Of a stretch of 64,000 bases of DNA, positions 10,901-22,140 are shown in pieces. The DNA comes from Lepidodermella squamata (Eukaryota > Animalia > Gastrotricha). The stretch's first letter is position 1. Every line of letters begins with the position of its first letter. A program made the translations under genes and the position numbers. The stretch lies in NCBI GenBank assembly GCA_047495785.1, contig JBLDXI010000003.1, positions 248,001 to 312,000 on the forward strand, given 5' to 3'. The notes below the pieces were generated by a model. It was given only the letters and a program-made list of their open reading frames with translations. It was not told where the DNA came from and searched no databases.

Positions 10901-12851
10901 CTTCCAAAACTTACCAAGGCGCAGTTCGCTCCAAACCAGCCTCCCACACAAGTACAGGTATTTGGACCCGTACAAGAACCTTCATTTGAGCACCACTGCT
11001 CGCAAGAAGCTTTGAAGAAAAATGATAGTTAAACCAGGTGAGATAATAAATGTGTATTAGCGTGAACTCACGTTTGCTACAAATTGAATCACCCCTCCAG
11101 CCATTAGGACAAATGCAAGCGTTAGGTCCGTCGTAAGAACCTTTTTCGACAGTAAATATATTTTTCAGCGTTACTGTTCATATATTTTACTCGGTTTCTT
11201 GCTGAAAAATTGCATCAAGTCACATTGTTACGACGCTACAACCGTGCCCTGACTCACTTCACGCGCGCGAGCCGGATCCCTACTTCGAGCCTTCTCTTTG
11301 ATTTCTTTTTTTATTCGTCCAACTACCTCGTACTTCCTTCGTTTAACGTTTAACCGATAAACACAGTCACGCTCCATGCTCTCGCGCGCAAAGTGAGCCT
11401 GATTTTGGCGGGAAAAAACTAGCAATTGAAATAGTATTATGCTGTCAAAAAATTAATTTACTGTCGAACAAGGATTCGTGAGGTTCACCGCAGTATCCTC
11501 CATTTTCGCATGGTATATCGCAAAGTGCTGAAAAAGATCATAGTTAATATTGATCGCGGTCTCAATGTGATATAATGCGAGAATTGCCTGGATATGGAGT
11601 TCAAAGCGAAAAAACGAAACAGACCCCAATAGCTTTCTCAGTGGCAAAGAATTTGCTTAAAATTTGCTATTTTCTCTTGACAGGAGTAAAAAGTAATAGG
11701 TAAGCCCGTGACAAGCCCGTGACAAGCCCGTGACAGGACTTAGCATTTGAGGCCACGCAAAACGACAGACCTTTTTATACTTTTGAGTTATACGATGATA
11801 TATTGTGCTGACTCGAAGCTAAGTTGATGAAAGGTAATCGGCCCCAGATGGCGAGAAATAAGTCGCTGTTGTAGGAGATAGGCTCCACTGATGGTACAAT
11901 TCGTACAATTGCACATATCGCTCGCTAAAAAAATTCGTGCAACAAATTGTACACAATTTTTGACGTGAGCATATTTAGAAGCGGTCCAAAGACGACCATA
12001 ACTTCAATACTCTGTAATTGACGCTTTAATGCGGTAACTTTAACTCTAACTCTCTTTAACGCTTTAACTCTAAACTAAGGTGACATCGTAATATGATTTG
12101 AAGCTAATTTGTCCACCCGGTCAATACTTCAATTATTAGGATCGAATTTTCGAAAAAAAGAGCTACTACTGGATTTCGTATATACTTCTCAGAAAACCTT
12201 CTCATTTCCTTCTCAAACTAGGCCGAGTGGGGGAATGAGCCAAAATGGTACACTGCTTATGGGCAGGAAATGAGAAAATGGCGGAAACATACCTTCGCCA
12301 CAGTAGACTCCTGTCCATCTTCTCGGGCATTCACAATGATTGGGACCCACGCACGTTCCATTGTTTTGGCACGGGAGGTAGCAAGTAACTATAGCAGAAG
12401 AATTACAGATAGTTGAATATACTCAATGACATTGTTCGTGGCGCGATTTTTGTCTAGAACTTTACAGCGGAGTAAAGTTCGATAGGGCTGTACTCAGTGT
12501 TATTGCTGGGCTTCATGACTTACAGTCGCTGCAGTTAGAGCCCGTCCATCCAAATGAACACGTGCAGGCATTCGGGGCTTCGCAAAGCCCGCCATTTAGG
12601 CACTCCGGATGGCATATAGCTGTGCAAGAAATAGAGTTGATCAATGCATTGAAACAACATGCCACGTGCGTCCCCCGGACAGAGTGAAACTCACGAGTGC
12701 TACAGTCGGAACCAGACCATCCTTTCGTGCAAATGCAATAATTTGGACCAGAACAGTAGCCTCCGTTTAGACATGGCAGCGTGCAGATTCCGTCTACAGT
12801 ACCGTTCACAGTAGCCGAAGCCATGGCTGCAACCAGTAGAACGGAAAGCAT
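7937..12851 (-). CDS. EGF-ankyrin gene C: signal peptide + 5 EGF + ankyrin repeats; premature TAG at 8141-8143 (truncated allele or young pseudogene)
   Basis: Hand-spliced exons 12851-12695, 12619-12524, 12388-12293, 11527-11462, 11140-11072, 11009-10915, 8734-7937, all GT-AG and phase-compatible (total 1377 nt). Starts MLSVLLVAAMASA. The frame continues past the TAG into ORF 7937-8134. Confidence 0.8.
8940..10695. mobile_element. Non-autonomous Tc1/mariner-pogo superfamily DNA transposon (~1.76 kb) in the EGF5-ANK intron of gene C
   Basis: TA|cagtgctccctcg ... cgagggagcactg|TA. An inverted, diverged second copy lies at 48425-50203. Confidence 0.9.
11134..11480. mobile_element. MITE inserted inside the fourth EGF exon of gene C
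   Basis: Imperfect ~24-bp TIRs (gaacctttttcgacagtaaat / atttactgtcgaacaaggattc) and a degenerate ~10-bp target duplication (cggtgaacct / cgacggacct on the minus strand). Confidence 0.65.
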
Positions 12852-13300
12852 TTTCAAGGCTGCTTTTCCTCAGAATTTGAGCTGCTATGAGTATGAGTGT
12901 TCGGCAATGGTTAACAAAACGATGTGTGTTCTAGGCATTGGCACATCTCAGGCGAGTAAAAAAGTTGAGATCTGGAGCTACCGGGGATTTCATATACAGT
13001 GAAAATCAAATGTTCCGCACGGTCAGGAATTTGTTGAGTTGAAGCTAAAAATATCTCACACGCGCCCGAACTATTTTTAGCTCCAAGCTTGGGTTAAACT
13101 CAGCTCAAAATAAAAAGTGTAACTCGGACAGACCAAGAAGTTTTAATAGTTATAAAAATATGAATATTCATAAGGTGCTAATTAATATTCCGAAGCCCTC
13201 TAAGTTGATAATTATGTCAAAAAAATTCCGGAAAAATTGTTTTTGATTTGCTGTAACCCTATTCTAAGTGTTCAAATTGTTCTGAATTTTTTGGCACATA

Positions 13301-14346
13301 CCGTCATTTGGGGCAAAATGAACCTTTGGGGCTAATTGGCCAAAAATTGAGGTTTTCACATTTTTATCGATAGCTCAAAAACTACAAGATATAACTTCAC
13401 AAAAATTTACGGGGACAATTATCAACAAGCCTTTTACAAGCCTGTAAATTTTCAGCCAGGTATGTCCCGGAATGAGGTCACAGCATGTTGTTGTTTAAAG
13501 GTGAGTTTGGGGAGGTAAAAACGACTCCTCTAAATTGAATTACCTGGAGCCAATCACGAGGTTTGATGTTCAGATGAAATTTTTTCCTTCGACCATTTTC
13601 GTCGTAGATGACAGCAAAAAAAACCGCGACCCCAGGCGATGCACAGGTATGGCTAGGTGATTGTGGCCAAATTACCCCATGGAAAACTCAATGATGGGGG
13701 CTAATTGGCCACCCTCATCCTTATAATGGGTTTTTAATATTTGATGATTGTGAGGGTTGAATGGTCGAGTGGTTGTGATGCGTCATCAGAGCTTGCGAGT
13801 GATCTGATGGGCGACGGTTCGAATCCTCATAAAGTAGCATTTTTTTTGCTACGCATTTAATTTTTTAATTTTTTCTGTTAATTTTCCATTTTAATTATTC
13901 TACTAACACCACGTATCCCGGGCATTTCTTTTGTTCGGGAGGCGTTTAAAAGTTGCTCAGCAGTAAAACTATCAGAAAAAACGGAGAAACTAATTAAAAA
14001 TTATTAGTAAAATGGACAATTGAAACCGAAAAATTAAAAATTAAATGCGTAGCAAAAAAAATGCTACTTTATGAGGATTCGAACCGTCGCTCATCAGATC
14101 ACTCGCAAGCTCTGATGACGCATCACAACCACTCGACCATTCAACCCTCACAATCATCAAATATTAAAAACCCATTATAAGGATAAGGGTGGCCAATTAG
14201 CCCCAAAACACCTGTCCAATTTGCCCCAAACCTGGGGCAAAATGAGCTTCCTATAAAATCGGAATCAGGACCCTCTGAAACGTGTAAAAATGCGAAAAAA
14301 ACAGGGGGTCATTTTTTTCCCGCGGCCATTTTGCCCCAATTTACGG
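13301..14346. mobile_element. TA-flanked MITE containing an internal ~175-bp inverted repeat with tRNA-like A/B boxes
   Basis: TA|ccgtcatttggggcaaaatg ... cattttgccccaatttacgg|TA. Internal arms at 13697-13872 and 14030-14204. Confidence 0.8.
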
Positions 14347-15348
14347 TAACTAATAATGTCCTCGTTTCATGACATCTCATGAATATATTCATATTTTCAA
14401 AACTATCCCCCTTTCCTTGGAGCTATGTTTGGAGCTAGTGCATAAGGCGTCATTTTGGTCCGTTTTGCAGGAGATAAACAGCCTCAACTCGCGCGTGCGA
14501 AAAACTTCAACTAGCGTCGCCTCAATTCCACCGTGCGGATCTTTTGATTGTCACTGTATTTCAAGTGTAATTTCAACCATAACAATATCCTTTTTTTTAA
14601 AGATCATGAATTTTGGATACCCCTGGGCGCTGAGCGCTGAATTCATGGGCCTGAAGTTTGAAACTGGTCATAAGCCGAAATTGTCACATGAACCCATGTC
14701 ACATGTGATTATTTTCCCGGCTATATGGATTAACGCATCAGGGTCGGTTAAAAAAATAAAGTCGGATCTACGCTCCAATTTCCACTGAGAGCTGCTACAA
14801 GCAACATTTTCTGAAAATTAACAAATCACGAGTGGTATGCACGTATGCATCATATTTGTTTTTTCTCAAGTAATAATAAGCGTGTCGCTTTTGCAGTAAT
14901 TTCACATCAAAACATTTACGTGTTAGCACACGCATCGCTGAAATATGTGATGAAAGAGGGTGTTATTCACGTAAAAGGCTTACCATCCATAGTTAAGAAA
15001 GAAAGATAATGCATCATTGCCTCAGAGTCGTATGTCAAGTTCCCGGATATACAAAATTAGGAGATAAGAAGATCGGGAGCTTTTTGGAGTTCATCTCATT
15101 ATCGCATAGAATCGGGAAAGAAGTGACCATTTTGGCGTTTGATGTACGTTATCCACCTGGGACCTGGGGTGATTGAATCTGCGACTGAATGCTGAAGTTC
15201 TAAAAATATAACTAAAACACGCGCTATTACTGAAAACCTTCCCGGCATGTAGCGCCAATAAATTCTTGAAAAAGCTAAACGGAAACTACGAATTAACACT
15301 TTAACGGCCATATACTCATATATAATTTGTTTTCGTCGCTTGCACATA

Positions 15349-15835
15349 ATCATACGGGCGCCGTCGTTCACAAATTCAAAAAACTGAGAAATGTTCAACA
15401 CAATGGTTGCCCCCTTGCAAATTGCGATTTTGCAATAAATAACACAACCCAGTAGGTAATCGATGACGCTCTGCACACTGGTTACCGTTTTATCTCTCAA
15501 TTAGCTAACCGTAACCGGCAATTAGCAAAAAATGAAAATTTTCGAATCGAAGTGTTTTTCAACTCATTTCTAGGGTTAAAAAAATCGCTGATTCCGAAAA
15601 TCACATTTTCAACTCAAAATTCGGCGATTTAAATTTTTCTAAGTCATTTAGGTCCAGTTTTCGACCAGTTAGACTTCAAATAAAAATCTGGAAAATTCAC
15701 CAAAATGTGCGGCTCAAAAATTTACTATGCAGACCTGTTTTCAGCGTTCTAGAATAATTTTTAAGGGGGGTGACCATTGTCTCAAATGACAAAAATTTTG
15801 TAAAAATAATTTGTGAACGACGGCGCCCGTATGAT
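15349..15835. mobile_element. MITE
   Basis: TIRs atcatacgggcgccgtcgttcacaaatt / aatttgtgaacgacggcgcccgtatgat. Confidence 0.75.
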
Positions 15836-16124
15836 ATTAAAACCCCGAAACGTTCCCTGATAAGGCAAAAGGAGCGGTATCCTGAACAGTTACCGTAGTT
15901 ACCGAAATATAAGCCCTCCCTCGTTTAGAAGCCTAGGTAAAGTGAAATTCGTCGTTGCATAGTCCCATCTCGAATAGAAGCCTAGGCTACTACGGCACGT
16001 GCGAAACGCGTACTGAACGGTATTTAAAAACGGAAAACGCCTGAATAAATTTGACAATCTGCAATTTACGGTGATTTTTGTTGTAGCGTCCTAATGTTTC
16101 TTAATTTTCAGCTATTAGTCGACC

Positions 16125-16375
16125 TACACCAGAAAAAATAACACCCTAATTCATCTACCGAAAGCATGAATTTAGTTTCGGTATCTGAATTCATGCTTTT
16201 CGTAGATAAAGAACTGAATTTTTCTACACGAATTAGGGTGATTTTGGGCATGAATTCAGATAAATGTTGAAAATCCGTGAATTAGGATACTCACAGGGCC
16301 CTAATTGAGGGGTTTTCACAAGCTAAAAGTCCGATTTCTTATCACCCAAATTAGGGTGATTTTTGTTCTGGTGTA
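16125..16375. mobile_element. MITE
   Basis: tacaccagaaaaaataacaccctaatt / aattagggtgatttttgttctggtgta. Confidence 0.7.
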
Positions 16376-16485
16376 GCTAATATGTAGCTAACAATAAAAG
16401 ATTTGATGAGTTTTGAGATTGATATACGGAAAATAAAGACAGCCGAAAAGAAATGGGTTGGAAAGATATGTTTCAATCCCGAGAC

Positions 16486-16628
16486 TTTGATTTGATTTGA
16501 TTTGATTGTGATTTGATTTGATTTAGGCCATTTTTCGATGATTTGGTTGACTGATGATTTGATTTATAAAATTTCAGAATGATTTGATTTGATTTTGATT
16601 TAGCCCACTTGATTTACTGCTGATTTAG
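16486..16628. repeat. Degenerate (GATTT)n microsatellite
   Basis: Repeated gatttgattt units. Confidence 0.8.
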
Positions 16629-17544
16629 AGTACTCAAAACTCTCGGGATTCCCCCTGTTACTAAACATGAGAATCCTCATTTGCCTCGAAAACACCTATT
16701 TTTCAAACTCTGGAGCAATTCAACCCCTTTTATACTCATTCTCCCAAAACCTACCTTAAAGTGTGAAAGAATCCTTAGAAACGGTCCTTAATACCCATGT
16801 TTCTATATGCGAAAGATTTGATTTGATTATTTTTCAGTTGTGAAGCATCACGGGATCAATGAAGCGGCAATTCCTGAAAATTGACATTGACAGTGTTGAC
16901 TAGGCTGGAGATGTTCTTTCGAGGATCGAAGATCCTTGCTCGTTCAGTCTCATGTTCTCTCGTGTTCAATTGAATATTGAATTTGGCTCCTAAAGCCTGA
17001 TATCAGACTCGATCCAGCTCTAAAGGCGATGATGTTTCTTCGAAGGACAAACTTTGATACTGCGTATAGGTATTCGAATTCGAATTTATTTTTGTTCTGG
17101 AAGGAATTAGCTTTTGGTTATCTAGCTCGCTGAAACGGGCGGCTTTTGACGTAGAACCTACTCTTTTTCATAGAATAATTGAGAATAACCTGTGTTTATA
17201 CGTTAATGCTATGTGCTGTTATATTAATAAATATTACAGCAAAAGCTATGCAGTAATGATTGCTTAAGAACAAAAACATCTCATGTATCTGTTATACGTG
17301 CACATATCGCTTAATTTGTGCATGTTATTACTTCTGAAACCCTGAAATATGCGCCTAGTTACATTGTCTAGCAAAGAATTTATAGCAGCTCCTAATGATG
17401 CCAAATTTCAAATTCCAGTGAGTTTGTAATATCTTTGAAGTCGGAATTTAGGAGCGCGCTGAACATGAATACTCGTACACCTCTACTTTACTATTTTCTA
17501 GAAAACTTGAACTCTTGTTGAACATTGAAAACGCTTAAAATCAG

Positions 17545-20033
17545 ATGGCCCAGACGCTGCTATCCGTTCTAATAGTGCTAACCATAGCTGCTGCAACAAC
17601 AGCGAACAATAACAATACCCCAAACTGGAGTTGCGAGCAGCCATGTCGGAACGGTGGCTCATGCTCAGGTCCAAACTCATGCACTTGCCTGAATGGATGG
17701 ACTGGATCCGACTGCAACACTCGTTCGTTTTACTTGAACCAATTAGTTAGTAGTAACCCAATGTTTTCACAACTTTATTTATAATAAGAAATAACAAATA
17801 GTTATTTGATGATATTTTCTTATCAGAATATCTTTTAGCGGAACCAAATTTGACTGTAGCGGAACCAAATCCACATGTTGCGGAACCTAATTTTAGATAA
17901 GAAAAACGTCGATTTTCGAATATTTCCACGAAATTGAGGCAATTTATGAATTCTATAGTCAAGAATGCGTCTTATACAGAATTCAAAGATAATTTAATTT
18001 AAATTATGCCGAGCGATCATGACATCCTTAAAAGCTTCGAAAATGGGGTTTAGGCCCATTGAAAATTCCAAAATTTGGTTCCGCTAACCGGCAAATTTGG
18101 TTCCGCAACAGTCAAATTTGGTTCCGCTAAAAGTAAGACCCTTTTCTTATAGCAACATGCGACCCACCTTGTGAAAACGACGGTGTTTGCTCTGCACCCA
18201 ACACCTGCAACTGCACCGCCGGATGGACCAGAAACTCGAGTTGCAGCATAGGTGAGTTGGGCGCCGCATTTTACGTTGTTTGATCGACTATTTTCTTGCA
18301 CAGCTATCTGCATTCAGGAGTGCCTGAATGGTGGGTATTGCGAAGCTCCGAATACGTGCGAGTGCGAGAATGGGTGGACGGGACGTGATTGCAGCACCCG
18401 TAAGCCATAAAGGATTTTGAGATCTAAAATAGTTTGACCGATAATGACAACTTTTCCCAGCAACGTGCAATGGCTTACGTAGTTGCTCTAATGGAGGCAC
18501 CTGCGTAGCACCTGACACCTGTCGTTGTCCTGACGGCTGGAATGGTGACTCATTTTGTACAACACGTGAGCTTATACTAATGCATACAATATATCTATTG
18601 AATCGCTTGGTTTTATTTCACGCTTCTTGCTCTTCAAAGCTTCTTGCTCGCAGCCGTGTTTGAATGGAGGTTCTTGTACGGGTCCTAATTTCTGCGCCTG
18701 TGTTGGACGCTGGCATGGGCCAAGATGTGGCTTGGTGAGTTTTTGAAATCGCTTGCGCTTAAGTTTCGAGCGTAGCATCCAGCATCCAACGACGAAACAC
18801 CCATTGTAGATTTTAGTAACGGGTCAACTCAGCAGTCATGCTGTCATGCTGTCAAGCAGTCAGCAGTCGGCAGAATATGATTTTTCTTCGGATACTAGGC
18901 TCTTTAACAGGGTGCGATCTTGGATCTCGGAGCTGCCAGGGATGGACAATTTTTTGCTGTTTTTGCAAAAATGACTGGTCATTTCAATTTAAAAGCGAGC
19001 AAATCTAGAAAATTTGAAAGATTTTAAACACGCTTCCAAATCTCTTAAAATTTACGGAACAGTGGGATTAATTCTCATATTTTGTTGTCTGGCCAGGCCG
19101 AGCTGGGGGGACGATATTGCTCTTGAACATGAAGAGGAATTTTGTCCGCCCTAACAATTACCGATTGATCGCCTGCTTTTAATCCTTGTTGTTATCAAAT
19201 TTTAGTTCAATTCTATCTGAGCTCATTTTTCTTATAATTTGCAGGTTAATCCATACTTTGAACAATACCTGCGGCTCGGTCAAGCCTGTGTGGACGCCGA
19301 CGTCGGAGAAGTCCGGCGTCTAGTCGGTGAGATCGATACGGCGACAGGAGGCAAATTCGACCCGAATTGGCGCGATACGAACAGATACGCTAGCTGCTCA
19401 CACCAGATAAGGAACGCCACGTTACTGCATCGCGTCGTCAACTGCAAGAACAGGACCGATGAGCGACTCGAAATCGTCCGCCTGCTGCTCGATCGAGGCG
19501 CAGACGCCAACAGCCAGGAGGGCGACTATCAGCTCACGAGTTTGTACATTGCGACTGCGAACAACCTCACGGATATAGTTCGGTTGCTTCTCGAACGTGG
19601 AGCAGCTGCTGACAAAAGGGAGGATTTCGGCGCTACGCCGCTTGTAGTTGCTGCTGAAGAGGGATACCTCGAGATTGCTGCTATGTTGCTTGATCACGGC
19701 GCGGCCGTCAACGCTAAGACAGGTGGAAAGACTGCCCTTCATTGGGCTGCAGAAAACAACCACATGGATGTAGTGAGGCTGCTTCTCGACCGAGGAGCAA
19801 ACGTGGAAGCGAAAACGGATACCGGTAAGACGCCATTGATGAATGCGTCCAGCAGGGGGCGCCTCGAACTCGTTAAGCTGCTTGTCGATCGTGGAGCCAA
19901 TGTAAACGCGAAAGCGAATCTCCTTACGGGAGCTCTGGACGACGCTATCTATGCCAATCAGCAAGCTGTCGTTGATTTCCTGAAATCACGGGGTGCAACT
20001 AAAGCGCCTTATACTTATGATGGAGCAAAGTGA
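17545..20033 (+). CDS. EGF-ankyrin gene A: signal peptide + 5 EGF + ~6 ankyrin repeats, 453 aa, no TM segment
   Basis: Exons 17545-17722, 18153-18251, 18304-18399, 18461-18565, 18640-18734, 19245-20033. All GT-AG; intron phases 1,1,1,1,0; total 1362 nt, open. Signal MAQTLLSVLIVLTIAAA; EGF pattern C..PC.NGG.C..PN.C.C..GW.G..C. Confidence 0.9.
17831..18133. mobile_element. MITE in intron 1 of gene A
   Basis: Arms made of repeated gcggaaccaaattt / aaatttggttccgc. Confidence 0.75.
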
Positions 20034-20828
20034 GAACTGCTGTTGATCGTCTCAATTTGACAGTTATCCGTTTTGCCCACAGTTCTCGGTGACTCGTGTT
20101 AATAAGTAACAAAAATTATAGATTTCTGACAGTTGATCTTATATCCTCCCGATACGTAGAAAGGATGTCGAACGCTGGATAAGAGTTTTTACGAATTAAT
20201 ACGCATACAGTAGACATAGACGACGAATAAAAGTATACAGAGCTAAATTTCATCCCTGTTTATAATTATTTATATTTGCATTTTCCTTGCTAAAACTACC
20301 ATTTCATCATTATTGTCATTTTGGGTAATTTGGGTCATTGGGGCTAATTAGACGAATGTTCATGCAAACAGGAGAATCAGCATTACTCAAAAACTACACG
20401 GCCGATGGCTATGAAATTTTGCAGGGAGTTGGGTGGATAGACGTGGATAGATGGATAGATGGATAGACCCACATACCGTACAAATTTCATGACGGGTAAT
20501 TCCAGGTCAATTCGACCGACGACCAAACCCATGTTTTCAAAACCGCTTGTATTTATTTTTCTCTGATAGAGCATCAAAAACTAAGAAACTTTAGTTCTTG
20601 TGATTTTTTCCTACGACGCAATGGCGAGGCTATAAAATTCAAAAACTAAACCCACGCCAAATCATAGAAACGGTAGTCAGGGGGTTGGTTCTCGTTACCT
20701 GTAACGTATCCTGGCGAGATATTTTTACTGAAGGTACATCTCAATGGTCCCATTATGTAGGCAAAGTCTCGGCGTAGAATCGTCGAATTTCGATTTTTAA
20801 GAATTCGGATACCCCCCAAAAGTAGGTA

Positions 20829-21285
20829 CCGTATTTAGTCGTATAAAGGCCGCGGCTACTAATTTTCCTGTTTTTCGGAAACGGGGTAAAAATGCGGCGA
20901 TTATTCGAATGCGGCGTTTATTTGAGTGCGGCCTTTATTTCTCCCATTTACCCGTTCTTACATTGTTAGGTAGCCGTTGGGGGTGTCGACACAGATGGAG
21001 TGACCGTGAGGTAGCTGTTGTAGAGGTACTTATCTCGGATTAAGCCTTCACTTTCATGCGCTCACACCAAATTCTGATAGATTACATGTCACCTGGGCGT
21101 CTCGGGGTACTTAAGGGCCTTCGGCGTCGCGGTAGGAGTGCTAGAGACAAGGGTGTTGTTACTCGCGCGGCGATTATTCGAGTGCGGCCTGTATTGCGCG
21201 TATTTTTTTGAAAATTCATTTTTTTGCGGCGTTTAATCGAGTGCGGCCTTTATTCGGGGTGCGGCCTTTATACGACTAAATACGG
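20829..21285. mobile_element. pogo-like MITE
   Basis: TA|ccgtatttagtcgtataaaggccgc ... gcggcctttatacgactaaatacgg|TA, with internal tgcggc subrepeats. Confidence 0.85.
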
Positions 21286-22140
21286 TATTTTCAGACAGGT
21301 CAAACATGCATTCTACTCAATTTTTTCTCCAAATGCTTTGCACCATCGTATTCAGCGCGAAAAGTTGTATAACATATGTCAGAATCAAGGTGGTTCGAAA
21401 AAAATCATTTCGCGTCGTGGACTGGAACCCTGCTTCCGTTGGGCTATTCGGAATCCTTGTGCCATTGGAATCAGGACTTTCTGAAACGTGTGAAAATGCA
21501 AAAAAATTAGGGGGTATTTTTTTCGCCGTCCGAATAGCCCAACTGACGGTATCATACAATCAAAAACGCCTGATTCATCCCCGGAAGTGATAACTTCATA
21601 ATAACACGAATATCTGTTATACCTTTGTAATGCGATGCATGCCAAGCTTAATAAGTATGTAAGGTTTTTATAATTTCCACAAAAATTTTAAATGCTACTG
21701 ATAATTTGCTCAGTGAAGAGTTGGAATGCTGATTGTTAATGGAATTAATTTAAAGACACGGCATGGTTGGATTTTAACATGGAAACTGCCTTCATTGGCA
21801 GCATTACGCTTGCAATTTGCCTCAAAACCCCCAGGAAACGCATTTTCTCGAGAATCTTATGAAATTCACTACAACCGCGAAAAACTCATTTTTATTTAGT
21901 GGAGATGAGTAAATCGAGTACGCCGAGTTCAGATATAAACGATTTACGAATGTTATACTGTAAAATATCGAATTGTCAAAGCTACTCGACCTATATTTCT
22001 GGGGACAATTCTATATTTCTCCATAGAGTATTCCTTTGTCCGTTTTTACTCACTTTTTAATGTTCTAGAACAGATAACTCGTTTCTTTAAATTTATTTAC
22101 TTTAGCCGAAGACTCGAAGCAGCCCTAATTCTAAGGTTAA

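Noticed and set aside
19239-19244. ORF-track starts (mostly TTG/GTG, some ATG) for standalone ankyrin proteins (19239, 35809, 8776, 43158, 58088)
   Set aside because: These starts lie in intron 3' ends just upstream of in-phase AG acceptors
17545-20033. Calling the EGF+ANK genes Notch/lin-12/glp-1
   Set aside because: No LNR, NOD, TM, RAM or PEST regions; the EGFs lack a Ca-binding consensus; the ANK sequence is not Notch-like
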